Shown piece by piece: positions 52,747 to 64,000 of a DNA stretch of 64,000 nt. The DNA comes from Lama guanicoe (taxonomy: Eukaryota), in assembly GCA_013239625.1 (NCBI GenBank), contig MU053881.1, positions 16,794,373 to 16,858,372 of the forward strand, read 5' to 3'. How positions within the stretch are numbered: position 1 is the stretch's first letter; the number at the start of each line of letters is the position of its first letter. Under the pieces are notes generated by a model that saw only the letters and a program-made list of their open reading frames with translations, had not been told where the DNA came from and searched no databases. The translations under genes and the position numbers were made by a program.

Positions 52747-52773
52747 TTTTAGTATATGTGCTAAAGCAAGCAC
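52747..52773 (-). pseudogene. 5' fragment of U6 snRNA (tailless retrocopy)
   Basis: Reverse complement GTGCTTGCTTTAGCACATATACTAAAA versus U6 GTGCTCGCTTCGGCAGCACATATACTAAAA; flanked by imperfect 18-bp direct repeats. Confidence 0.65.
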
Positions 52774-55700
52774 TTAGCTTCAAGTATACAGCAAAGTGAT
52801 TCAGTTATGCATAAATAATTTTTTTTCTTTTTTGGTTTCTTTTCCATTATAGGTTATTACAAGATATTGAATATAGTTCCCTGTACTATACAGTAGGTCC
52901 TTGTAGTTTTTAAGGAACCTCCATACTGTTCTCCAAAAACTAAGAATCTTTTACAATATTTAGTTATTAGTACACTTAAAAGAGCAATAATAAACCTATT
53001 ATATGTTGATATTAGTAATGTATATTTATTACATTTTCAAAAAAACATTTAGTGAGAAAAGTGGCCTTGTTTTGCATTTTTTCAAATATGCCTAATGTTT
53101 GGCTTGATAGGAGGTAACTAAGCTCGTATCTGCTTCTTCATTTAGTCTGTGGTGATACATTGTTTTAGTTGAAGTATATGATGAAAACACATCCACGCAT
53201 GTAACTGGAAAAGAAAGGACCTGATGGACCCCCAGAAGGGATCTCAGAGACCCCCAGGGTTCTTCATATCAAACTCTGAAAACTTCTGTTATAAAATATC
53301 TAGGAATTAACCAGAAACACGTGATACCTCCAAAGGCAATTTAACCACTAGTAAAAAAAAAAAAAATAGAAGATGATCTAAGTACTTGGAAACAGACTAC
53401 ACCCTCGGATGAGTTGAGCTGATATTGTAATGGTGCCAGTTCTTCCCCTAAATTATACCATCAGTGCAACTGCATTTACAGTTCCAGTGAATTGACTGTG
53501 AATTTAATGGAAACTAACCTAAAATTCCTTCTGAAAATAAAGTCAATACAAATCTATGTCAAACTAAATAAAAATGGTGTAAACAAGAGAGATACGCCCT
53601 CCTGTGTATAGAGTTATAGACATTTCTTAAAGTGTGACCCTGGATTAGAGATAGACATCAATTAAGTTGATTCTATATCTCAGATAATACCCCTTCATAT
53701 TCAAAACTCAATATATGATAAAGGTGGGCAGCACAAATCAAAGGGAAAAGATAGATTGTTTACTACTTTTTGGTGGGAAAACTTCATTTTATGAAGCAAC
53801 GTAAATCTGAATTTCTGCCCAAGAACAAGGGCAAGGTGGAACCTAGATGGATGCAAGACATAAATATGCAGTATCAGCTGTAAAGTTAATAGAGGAAAGT
53901 GCAAGAGGATTATTTTGTTGATTTTAAAAGGCACAAAAGTTAAGGTTATTATTTTTTAGAAAAAGACATGAAAACATCAAATTAAGGATTTTCATTCCAC
54001 AAAGGAAATTCTGGATAAAGTTATCATGAAGATGAAACGTTGGGAAAAATAACTTGCATTGTGTAAAACTAACAAGGGAATTCTATCTAGAAAAATGAAC
54101 AAGAAGTAGGGAACAGTACAGATGAGCAAAGGATATGAGCAGAAAAATCACAGAAGGAGTTACGCAGGCGAATGAGAAGATGCTCAGTTAAAAAGAGAGA
54201 GAGAGAAACAGTAATGGAATTTCACTGAATACAATACAACTGATGAACCAATATATGTATATTGTAACTAACCAAAGTCCAAGTTCACATTAAGCCTCAC
54301 TCTTTGTCTTGTTCATCAGTTGTAACAAATGTGCCACACTAACGCAACATATAAATGATAGAGGAAGTTGTGTGCAGGGAGAGGAGGTAAGTGGGAACCC
54401 GCCATACCACTTGATCAGTTTTTCTGTAAACCTAAAACTCCTCTAATGGAATAAAGCCCACTCATTAAAAAAAATTAAAGAAAAATATACAAATTTGCAA
54501 GAACATATACAAATCAAAGGATATATGAAATATTTTTAAAAGATTGACAAAATGAAAAGAAAATAGGGTGAAAGAAAGAGAATAAATTTATGAAATAAGG
54601 GAAGAACTTTGTGCAAACCCAAGATAACCAAAAGCCATAAACTAGAAATATCACTGCTCAAACCTCTGTACCGAAAGTCCATCATAAAATTTTTAAAAGT
54701 ATTTTTATGCATAACTTGAGCCACATTGCTGCCCAGAGCTCCTGAATTCCTTGTCTCTGGGACAGGGCCCCCTCATCATTGCACCCATTGGTGATCTCAC
54801 TAGTGCATTGTCTCTAAGTGTCCCCCCAAGTAGGGGTCAGCCTGGAATTTGGAGGACACAGAATCACCAGGACAGTGAGGAACTTCACTAGAATGAGGAT
54901 GCTCCTGGAGTGGAGAAGACCTCATTTATGAACTGAAAAACAAGTGCTCTGATCACCTATGCGCCCCACCCAGAAACCCTGGCATCAACTACCTTCCACA
55001 CTCAACCCTCCCTTCACTCAGCAACCTCCTTCTCAGCTAAGCAGTTCTTGGTCTGTCCTGTTCCTCGACATCCATATGGCTCCATCTCCTCTTTCCTGGA
55101 CCACAGCCCCAGGCTCCTCCCATGTCCTCTCCTTTGCTCCCACTCCACTCTGGCTTCCAGAGAGAATCTTCTGAAATAGCACAGAGTATACAGTCATGAC
55201 ACCCAGGGTTCAAATCCAAAGAACTTTTCAGCAATGAGCCTCCTCACCCCACCTGAAACTGGGATTGCACGGAGAGCTGCCTTCAGCGGGTCCATGAGGA
55301 TTCACATAAAGGGCTCAGAGTTTACCTAATAAAAGTAGTTGTCACTGATATTGAGGTTATGCTCCTTGTTCTGATCTGGTTTAGTGTCATTCTTCTGTAC
55401 AAGATGACACAAATTGGCCTCATTCTAAACTCATGGTATCTGACCCCAGCGGGGCACTTAGTGCCTATGGCAAACACACAACACAGTTTCCCGTCAGAAG
55501 GCTGATCCAACCTCCACTATCCCCTCCAGCCCTTGCCTCACCCCTGTGGTCCACCTTCCCACCTCCCGCTTGGTGGAATGGCCACGATTATCAAGGTTAG
55601 CCTCTCCCATCTCCTCTGACGGGCAGAACGATTTCTGTCTCCTCTGGTCTCACAGCGGATGGCCCCCACACCATTGCTGAGCAAGCATCACACACATCCC

Positions 55701-56904
55701 AGGAATGCGTCCAGCTCACACCTCTGTCTCACCCAGAGCCTCCGCCCCAGGATAGGAGGGGCCGTCTTTCCCCCAGACCAGGACACAGCAGCAAAGACAA
55801 GGTAACCTAGAACAGGGTTTCTCAACCTCAGCACTAGTGATTTTGGGGGCCAGGTCATTCTTTGGCTCTCTTTTTCATTGTACAGTGTTAAGCAGCCTCT
55901 CTGGCCTCACCCACCAGATGCCTGTAGCATCAACTCCCACCATAAGTTGTGATAACCAAAAAATTCCAGACATGTCCAAATTTCCACTGTGGGGAAGAAT
56001 CACCCTTGGTCGACAACCGCTGGCCTGGAAGCTGCAAGGGGCACCTAGGGTAAGTGAGAACACGGGACCCAACACGGGCAAACAGAGAAGCCCCCTGGCC
56101 GTCTCCCAAGACTAAGATCCTCTCTTGACACCCTTCTCCCCAGCCCTGACCCCATCCCCAGGGTGGGCAGCATTATGCACAACTGTAGATTCTGACTTCT
56201 TACCTTCTTTTTCCTGGTCCTCCTCTGCCTGGGGTGCCTCTTCCAAGAAACAGCCAGCAGCAGAGGGCAGAAGCAGCTCTCCCGCTTGTTGCTGTCAGCA
56301 GCGGCCGCAGGCAGGTCTGGGGTCAGACCTAATGTCTTCTGGACCTGATACTGTGAGCTTTATCGCTGCTGCAGGATTCCCAGCAGGCTGTCCCCGAGAG
56401 CCTCTCCATGAAACCAACCTGAAAGGGCGGTCCTCAGGGTCTGGAGAGGCTGGAGGGACCTCAGGGGACCTTCAGGGATCTGCAGCCTCTACTTCTTCCT
56501 CCAACTATCCACATGCAATGACAACTCCCTGCTGCCTCTCTCTGCCCAGAGAGACACCAGTCCCTGCTGAGGGCTGAGGAGCTCCCAGTCTTGGGGGAGA
56601 CAGGACTGGATAAAGATGCCCTCAACCTCCTGGGGTCAAGTTACGGTCAGAGGGAAGACAGGAGCTGGAAGAGCCCAGAGTGGGAATCCAGTGCTGTGCC
56701 CTCGGGTGAGGGCAGTTGAAATGCTTCCCCTAATAAGAGTAATTTGGACCTGGGTCTTGGAGAATGGTGTCTGTTGGCTAATACAAGTACTCAAAGACTT
56801 CTAGCCACACTGGAAAGCCCCACTTTTCTCCTCTATCAAGTACTACCCTATCCCTGTTGTCCTGGTGGTCCAAGCCAGAAGTCTGATGTTAGCATAGGCT
56901 TCCC

Positions 56905-57668
56905 TGTGATGTGATACAAATATTTGATCCTTTGGTCTTTGTCACTTATTCCTGACACTGAGTTCCTGAAACTGTTAGTATCTCATGAGCGATAAAACCA
57001 TATTTTAAAAATTCTAATGAGATGACTAGTGGACGGAGGCTCTTATGTAGCTTCAGGATGGGGGTTGGTCTCCAGAAAGACCAAGGCATGATAATGGGTT
57101 GAAAATTTCAGCCCCACCACTTAGACATCCAAGGAGAGATACGGGTGGGAGATTGAGTTAATCACCAACGGCCAGTGATGTAATCCCCCAAACAACAGGG
57201 TTTGGAGAGCTTCTAGGCTGGTGACCACATGGAGATGCTGGGGGAATGGAGCATCTGGAGAGGCCATGGAAGCTCCACATTCCTTTGCCCACACCTTGCC
57301 CTATGCATCCCTTCCATTTAACTGCTCCTAGGTTATATCTTTTATAATAAACTGGTACTAGCAAGTGAAGCACTTTCTTGAGTTTTGTGAGTCATTCTAG
57401 TAAAGTGTATTCTGGAAGGGGGATGTGTTGTGGAAACAACTTTGTAGCCAGTTGGGACAGAAGTGTAGGTACCATGGGCACCCAATACCTGAGGCTGGTC
57501 TCAAGGTGGGGCAGCCTTGTGGGACTGAACCTTCCAGCTGTGGAGTCTGAGGCTAACTCCAGGTAGTAAGTCTCAGAACTGAATTGAATTATAGGACCCT
57601 CACTTGGTGTCCAGAGTTGGAGAACTGATCCTTGATGTGGAACGAAGCCACACACTTGGTGTCATAAG
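56905..57668 (+). mobile_element. MER21-like ERV LTR
   Basis: Recognisable MER21-type motifs (GGTCTCCAGAAAGACCAAGGCATGAT, ATAATAAACTGGTA, GGAGTCTGAGGCTAACTCCAGGTAG). Confidence 0.65.
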
Positions 57669-59129
57669 TGTTATGCATAAAAGAGTTCACGCCTCTCTCC
57701 CTCTGTCTAGTCAGCAATACTGTCCATTCCACCTCTGTAATCAGCCTCAAATCTGACCACTTAGTCCAGGATGCCTGCACCTATCTCCCCCCACCTCTCC
57801 CCACCACTCACGGGGTCTCCCCACACCCACCTCTGCCCTCAGCAGTCTGCTCCTCTCACAGCAGCCAGCAAGAGCTCCGTACAAGCAAGAATCTGACCAT
57901 GCTGCCTGTGTATGAAACCATCTCCTTGGTACAACATCTTTGGAGAACTGGCAGTATCTACTGAAGGTGACCACAAATCTCTCCTATGATTTAGCAATTA
58001 CATATCCAGGTACAGACCCAATGGAACAACATATAAATATTATCCACTGAAGTTCATATACTAGTTGTTCACAGGAATGCCACTTATAGGAACCCCAAAG
58101 TGGAAGCAACCTAAATGTCTATGAATATGCTCACATGATGAAATATCTTACAATTCTTTTCTAAAAGTATATTTAAAATATGTGGGATACCCCTATTACC
58201 TCTGGAACAACTCTTCAAGTGGCCTTCATGCTCTTACCCTTCCCATCTATATGGCCTTCACATTCCAGAAATCCCCCAGCCACCTTCAATGCTCCAGAGC
58301 TCACTAGACATACGAATGTCCCTGAGTGCACCATGCCTCTGCTATCCTGAACCTTTGCACTTTCTGTTTTCTTTACCTGGAAACTTCTCTCACATTTGTG
58401 TGCCTCATGTGGATAAAACCTACTTACCCTTCGGGTCTCACTTTAGACATCACCCCCCTCCAGAAGCCTTCTTTAAGCCCCAGGCTAGTCTTTGATCTGC
58501 ACTTAGCTCCTGCAGGCCCCTAGGATTGATTTCCTCATCACGCCTCAGACCACGGTGTGTTGTCCTCTTTGGTTATGTGACAGCTTCCTGCACTGGACCA
58601 GAAGAAGCTGAAGGTAGAGATCAACTCTGTCCTTGGTCATCGCTAGATCCTAGCACCTAAAATGTTTCCACATAAAATAAGTACTGATTAAGCATTTGTT
58701 GACTATATGAATGAATACATGAGGGTAAATGATGTGAGGACATAGAGAGGTGGGAGTGTCAAAGGTATCATTTCATGTGGAAAACTTTGATGGACAAGGA
58801 AGAGATTTCCAAGTAATGTTGTGATGGCATTCACAGAAGAGAGAACAGTTTGAGCAAAAGCATGCAGGTGTGCTGAGCATGGAGGAAGATGGATAGACTA
58901 TGAATGGCTTGATGGCCTCCTTAGAATAATTGCTCTGTGTCCCACAGAGAGGTCAGATAAAAGGCATGTGTAGCCAGCAGGTTGAGGTAGAGTCCAGCAT
59001 GGACTGATGTGGTCCTGCCATCCCTTTCACCTAAGCTCCAGGGAGGTCTACACTGCGTTGGAACAAGACATGTGGGGAAATATGACATGGTACATTGTAT
59101 GACATGGTACAATGTACCACATATGTACA

Positions 59130-62100
59130 TTGACAGTAGGTTAACCAAGGAGGTAAAAACCATGTACACTGAGAACGATTAGGACATTGTTAAAAGAAAT
59201 TGAAGAAGAGACACAATAAATGGAAAGATATTCTGTGCTCATTGATTGGAAGAGTTAACAATACTACCCAAAGCAATCTACAGATTCAATGCATCAAAAT
59301 CCCAAGGACATTTTCCACAGAATTAGGACAAAAAGTAATCATATGAAATCACAAAATACTCTGAATACCCAAAACAATCCTGAGAAAAAAGAAGGCATCA
59401 CACTCTCTGGTTTCAAACTATATTACAAAGCCATGGTAATTCAAGCAGCATGGTATTGGAAGAAAAACAGATACATAGATCAATGGAATAGAATTGAGAT
59501 CCTAGAAACAAATCCACACGTTTATGGACAATTAACTTAGGACAAAGGAGCAAAGATCCTTCAGTGGAGAAAGGATAGTCTCTTCAATGAATGATGTTGG
59601 GAAAACTGGACAGATATGCCAAAAAAAAAAAAAAAGAAACTAGATCACTGTCTCATACTATACACAAAAATTAACTCATAATGTATTAAAGACTTGAATA
59701 TACAACATGAAATCATAGAACACTTAAAAAAACATAGGCAGTGTGCTCTTTGACGTCAGTATTAGCAATATCTTTCTAGATATGTCTCCTTAGGCAGGAG
59801 GGGAAAAAAACCAAAAATAAACAAATGGAAATACATTAAACTAAAAAGTTTCTACACACAAAAGAAACCATCAACAAAATGAAAACACAATCCACCAAAC
59901 AGAAGAAGATATGTGTAAATGATTTATCTGATAAGAAATTAGTATCCAAATATATATAAAGAACTCATACAACTCAACAACAAAAAAACAAACAACTTGA
60001 TTAAAAAATGTGCAGAGAAGCTGAATAGACATTTTTCCAAGCTACCAGGCACATGAAAAGATGTTCAACACTACTAATTATTAGGGAAATGCAAATCAAA
60101 ACCACAGTGAGGTATTATCTCACACCTGTTATGTTAACCTATTATCAAAAAGGGGGAAAATAACAAGTGTTGGTAAGGATGTGGAGCAAAGGGAACCCTC
60201 AAGCATTTTTGTTGTAATGTAAGCTAGTGAAGCAATTATGGAAGAGAATGTGGATAGTTCCTAAAAAATTAAGACTAGAACTAGCATATGATCCAGCTAT
60301 GATCCAAGACGTCCTTGAGTAGGTAAATGCATAGTTAAACTGTGGTACATCCTGACAATGCAATATTATTTAGAGCCGAAGAAGTAAGCTATTAAGCCAT
60401 AAAAAGATACCGAGGAACAGTAAATGCACATTACTAAGTGAAAGACGACCCTCTAAAAAGGCTACATACTGTACAATTCCAACTATATGACATTCTGAAA
60501 AAGGCAAAACTATGAAGAGAGTAAAAAAATAAATCAGTGGTTGACAGATATTAGGGGAGAGGGATGGATGTGTAGGCAGAGCATAGAGGATTGTTGGCAG
60601 TGAAAGCACTCCAAATGATACCTTAACGATGGGTTAATCTCATAATACATTATTTAAAGCCCATAGGAGGAACAACGGGAGTGAACCACAACGTAACCTA
60701 TGCACTTAGGTGATGATAATGTGTCAATGTAGGTTCATCGATTGTGACAAACATACCACTCCAGTGGAGAATGTTGATAATGGGAAACTGTTCATGTGTG
60801 GGGGGCAGAGGGTATATGGGAAATCTATGTACCTTCCTCTCAATTTCACTGTGAACCTAAAACTGCTCTAAAAATAGTCTTAAAAATAATAAGCTGAAAC
60901 CCAATCTGAGATATTTGCACAATATTTTTTTTTGGTAGAATACAGTTTAAGAGCTTGGCAAACTTAAGGGTAAATGGCCAAATGGTAAACATTTTTGACT
61001 TTGCAGGCCACACTATCTCTGTCACAGACTCAACTCTGCTGTTGTAGCACAAAAACAGTTGCAGACAATATATCAATGAGTGGGTATGACTGTGTTCCAA
61101 CAAATATATATAAACAGGCAGTGGACCCACATGCTGTAGTTTTTCACCCCTAAAACTGTAGTATAAAGGCATTAGAAGAAATTAAGTAGGATGTCTCTGA
61201 TTAGAACAATATTAAGGTACAAGAAACAGAAAGCAAAGGAAAAAGATAGGTAAAAAAAATTAGTGTTTAGAATCTCTTTTTAAACGCCTGCAAATCAGTA
61301 AGAACAAGATAATCTAACAGAAAAACGAGGAAAGACTTTGAACAGGCATGTGACAAAAAGGAAACCCACACGGCTAATAAACAATGGAGGTTTTGAATCC
61401 CACTAGTAATTAGGGAAATGCAATTTAAAGTGACAATGGGAGCTCGCTTGGCAACCATATTGGCAAAATTAAGTTTCACATTGTCAAGCGTTAGAAAGGA
61501 CGTGGGGAAACAGATCCTCTGATACACAAGTGCCGAGGGTGTAAATCAGCACAGCCACCTGAGAGTTGAATTTGGCAATTCTTCTTAAATTTAAGAATCA
61601 TATTTTTTATGAGCTGATCATCTCACTACTCAATTTGTATTTGAATCAGAGAGTTCCTGATTGTAGCAAAAGACATATAAAGATGTGTATTGTATAATTC
61701 CTAACAATGGTGAAAAATTGGAAGCAAATCAAGATGTCTAATAGTTAAACATACACCACATATATTTATAATATTGACTATTAAATTAATTTTATAAAAA
61801 TGAGGTGTTTCTATAGGTGCGGTTCTCACCTGGGGGTGATTTTGGGGGTGATTTTGTCCCTAAGGGGATATTTGGCCGTGTCTGGAGACATTTATGTCAT
61901 GGCTGGTGTGGGGAGGCTCTTGGAATCTAGTGGGTAGAGGGCAAAGAAGCTGTTAAACATCCAGCAGTGTTCAGACAGCCCCCACTGCAAAGGGTGAGCC
62001 AACCCAAATGTCAACACTGACAAGGTTGAGAAAACTTATTCTAAATAAACTAACATGAATATCACTCCAAAATGATGAGTAAAAAAGCCAAGTTGCAGAA

Positions 62101-62725
62101 AGGTACCTACAGAATAATCAAATTGTGTAAAATCACGTGGTATGAAAAGCAGCCTGGTGGTTCATCAAAAAATTGAATATAGAATTACTATATGACTAAG
62201 GACTTTCCTGGGAATGTACCCCAAAGGAATTAAAAGAATTCAAAAAAAATTCCTTGTACACAGATATCCATGGCAACACTACTTACGTAGCCAGAAGGTG
62301 GAAATAACCCAAATGCCCGTCAGTGGGCGAACAAGTAAACAAAACATGGTCCAGCCATAAAATGACATATTAACTCAGTTATTAAAAAGAATGAAGCACT
62401 GATACATGCTATCTGACAGGCGAATCTCAAAAATACTATGCTGAGTGAAAAAAGCCAGACCTCATAGGCTACAAATTGTATGATTCCATTTATATGGGAT
62501 GTCCAGATCAGGCAAACCCTCAGGGGCAAAAAGCAGATTAGTGATTGCCAGGGGCTGAGGGAGGAAGACTGCTAATGGGATGGCATCTCCCATTTTTAGG
62601 GGGTGATGAAAATGTTCTAGAACTAGGAAGAGACGGTGGTTGAATAACATTGTGAATGTGCTAAATGCCACTGAATTGTTCACTTTAAAGTGGTTAATTT
62701 TAAGTTATGTGAATTTCACCTAAAA
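59130..62725 (+). mobile_element. L1 ORF2 3' end and 3' UTR fragments, with MER58-like (about 60950-61130) and MER20-like (about 61815-62035) insertions
   Basis: ORF 59289-59540 [35 protein letters not shown] is L1 ORF2 C-terminal sequence with nearby stops and frameshifts. Confidence 0.88.
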
Positions 62726-64000
62726 ATAAAACAAAACAAGCAAGCCAAAAGCACAACAAAGCTCTATAGCAGTATCTTATTGATGTATTTGTGTCTGTTC
62801 ACTTCCTCCTGCATGCAAAGTTCTGCAAGGATGCCCATCAAATTCACCATCGTGATCCCATAGCTGGCCATTGCATGACTTTTAGCCTTATTTGTAGCAT
62901 CTCAATGATTTAATAGGAAGAAACATATTTATGTACTGATGTAAAAAATTTTTAAACACATGTAATTGGACAAATGATCCGATCAGGGAAGAAAGGAGAT
63001 GGAGAGGCATGTGGGGCAGCCTCCTCAGCCCCAGCAGGCAATGGCAGGACTGCTTTCCTGCCGAAGTCAGGAACCAGGGCCTCAAATGCCAAATTTGTGA
63101 AGCATTAAATTCTGCTCAAGCCCCTGAGAAGCCCAGGTAATTGACTCACCCCTGGCAGGCAGGGAGGGAGGGAAGGAAAGTGAGAAAGTATCCCTGAGGT
63201 GTCCAACAACTTGCAGGGTCCCCAGGGGTCCCAGCATCCTTGTAGCAGAGGGAAGATGCAGAGGCAGTGGGACCACAGCAAGAGAAGGCAGCAGGCAGGG
63301 AGCAGAGGCAACATAAATAATGATGGTGAGGTTCAGGTAGCCCTTCCCCCTCTACCCTGCTGGCAAACTCAGGGTGGCAGGCTCCTTGTCTTGCAGCTGT
63401 CACCTGCAAGGAAACATCAAACCAGGACCTCCAACTGGAGTGAGGCAGAAGCAGGTGCAGAGCCTGGAGCCCCAGGTGAGTCATTTCTCCTCCCTCCCAC
63501 TTGACCAGGAGAGACCTGGGGAACATGCATCTGCTACAGACTCAGAAAAGCCACTCTGTCTATATAACTCCTTGGGCAATTCGAGTCTACGGGATGGGAG
63601 CAGAAGGCAGGGCTCCACTTCCTATTTTCAAGGTGACGGGATGATTGCTTCTCAGGACAGGTGAAGAAACTGAGGTGCAGAGAGGGGAGCTACTGCTTTC
63701 AGTTACCCAGAACATCTGCTGGCGTTTTAACTTCTCTCCCCTCTCCATCCTGGCCAAAAAAACAGAGGTAAAAGGATTGAGGGGAGGCAGAGAAAAGAGA
63801 CAAGAGGATTTAGGACTGAGAGTCTCCAGTCACCCACCAAGGGTGTAATGTATCCGGGGGCACCAGGGCGGACAGGTGCGGTGACAGTAAGGAGTTAGGG
63901 ATGAAAATGGGGAGAGAAAAGGGAGGCAAGGGTGGCAGAGATGGGAGGGAGGATGCAGAAGGGCATCCTAAAGAACTTCACTGAGAAGAGAGAGCCAGGA

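Larger units (their letters stand above)
49550..54700 (+). mobile_element. Ancient fragmented L1 (ORF2 remnants) with nested insertions
   Basis: A-rich sequence; remnant SGTSQGYSLSLLFFNMEL at about 51980 resembles the L1 RT motif SGTRQGCPLSPLLFNIVL. Confidence 0.65.

Noticed and set aside
59289..59540. ORF resembling a retroelement protein (possible novel reverse-transcriptase system)
   Set aside because: It is an ordinary decayed L1 ORF2 fragment surrounded by stops and frameshifts.

Overview
This is mammalian genomic DNA, most likely camelid, based on several tRNA-Ala-derived Vic-1-type SINEs; no prokaryotic-type system is present. It contains four loci. (1) The 5' three-quarters of TPM4 (tropomyosin 4) lies on the minus strand: exons 1a, 2b, 1b, 3, 4, 5, 6b and 7, with two promoters (CArG/TATA for 1a; CpG island with CRE-like sites for 1b). 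The gene continues off the left edge. (2) An intact family-1 olfactory receptor (OR1AB-like) at 22562-23509, minus strand. (3) A 7-exon type II transmembrane C-type lectin gene resembling CLEC4G/LSECtin at 32839-38587, plus strand, which the ORF track shows only in fragments. Its exons join into a clean 240-aa frame, but it has a GC donor, a TG in place of an acceptor AG, an AT in place of a donor GT, and no EPN/WND sugar-binding motif. (4) An OR10H3/4-like olfactory receptor pseudogene at 48089-49029, minus strand, with a TTG start and a frameshift. The rest is repeat-rich: L1, an ERV1-like element with a nested solo LTR, MaLR/MER21-like LTRs, DNA transposon fossils and a tailless U6 insertion. 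The most notable signals are the lectin paralog and non-conservative substitutions in TPM4 exon 2b. Orthology and repeat-family names come from recalled sequences, not database searches.
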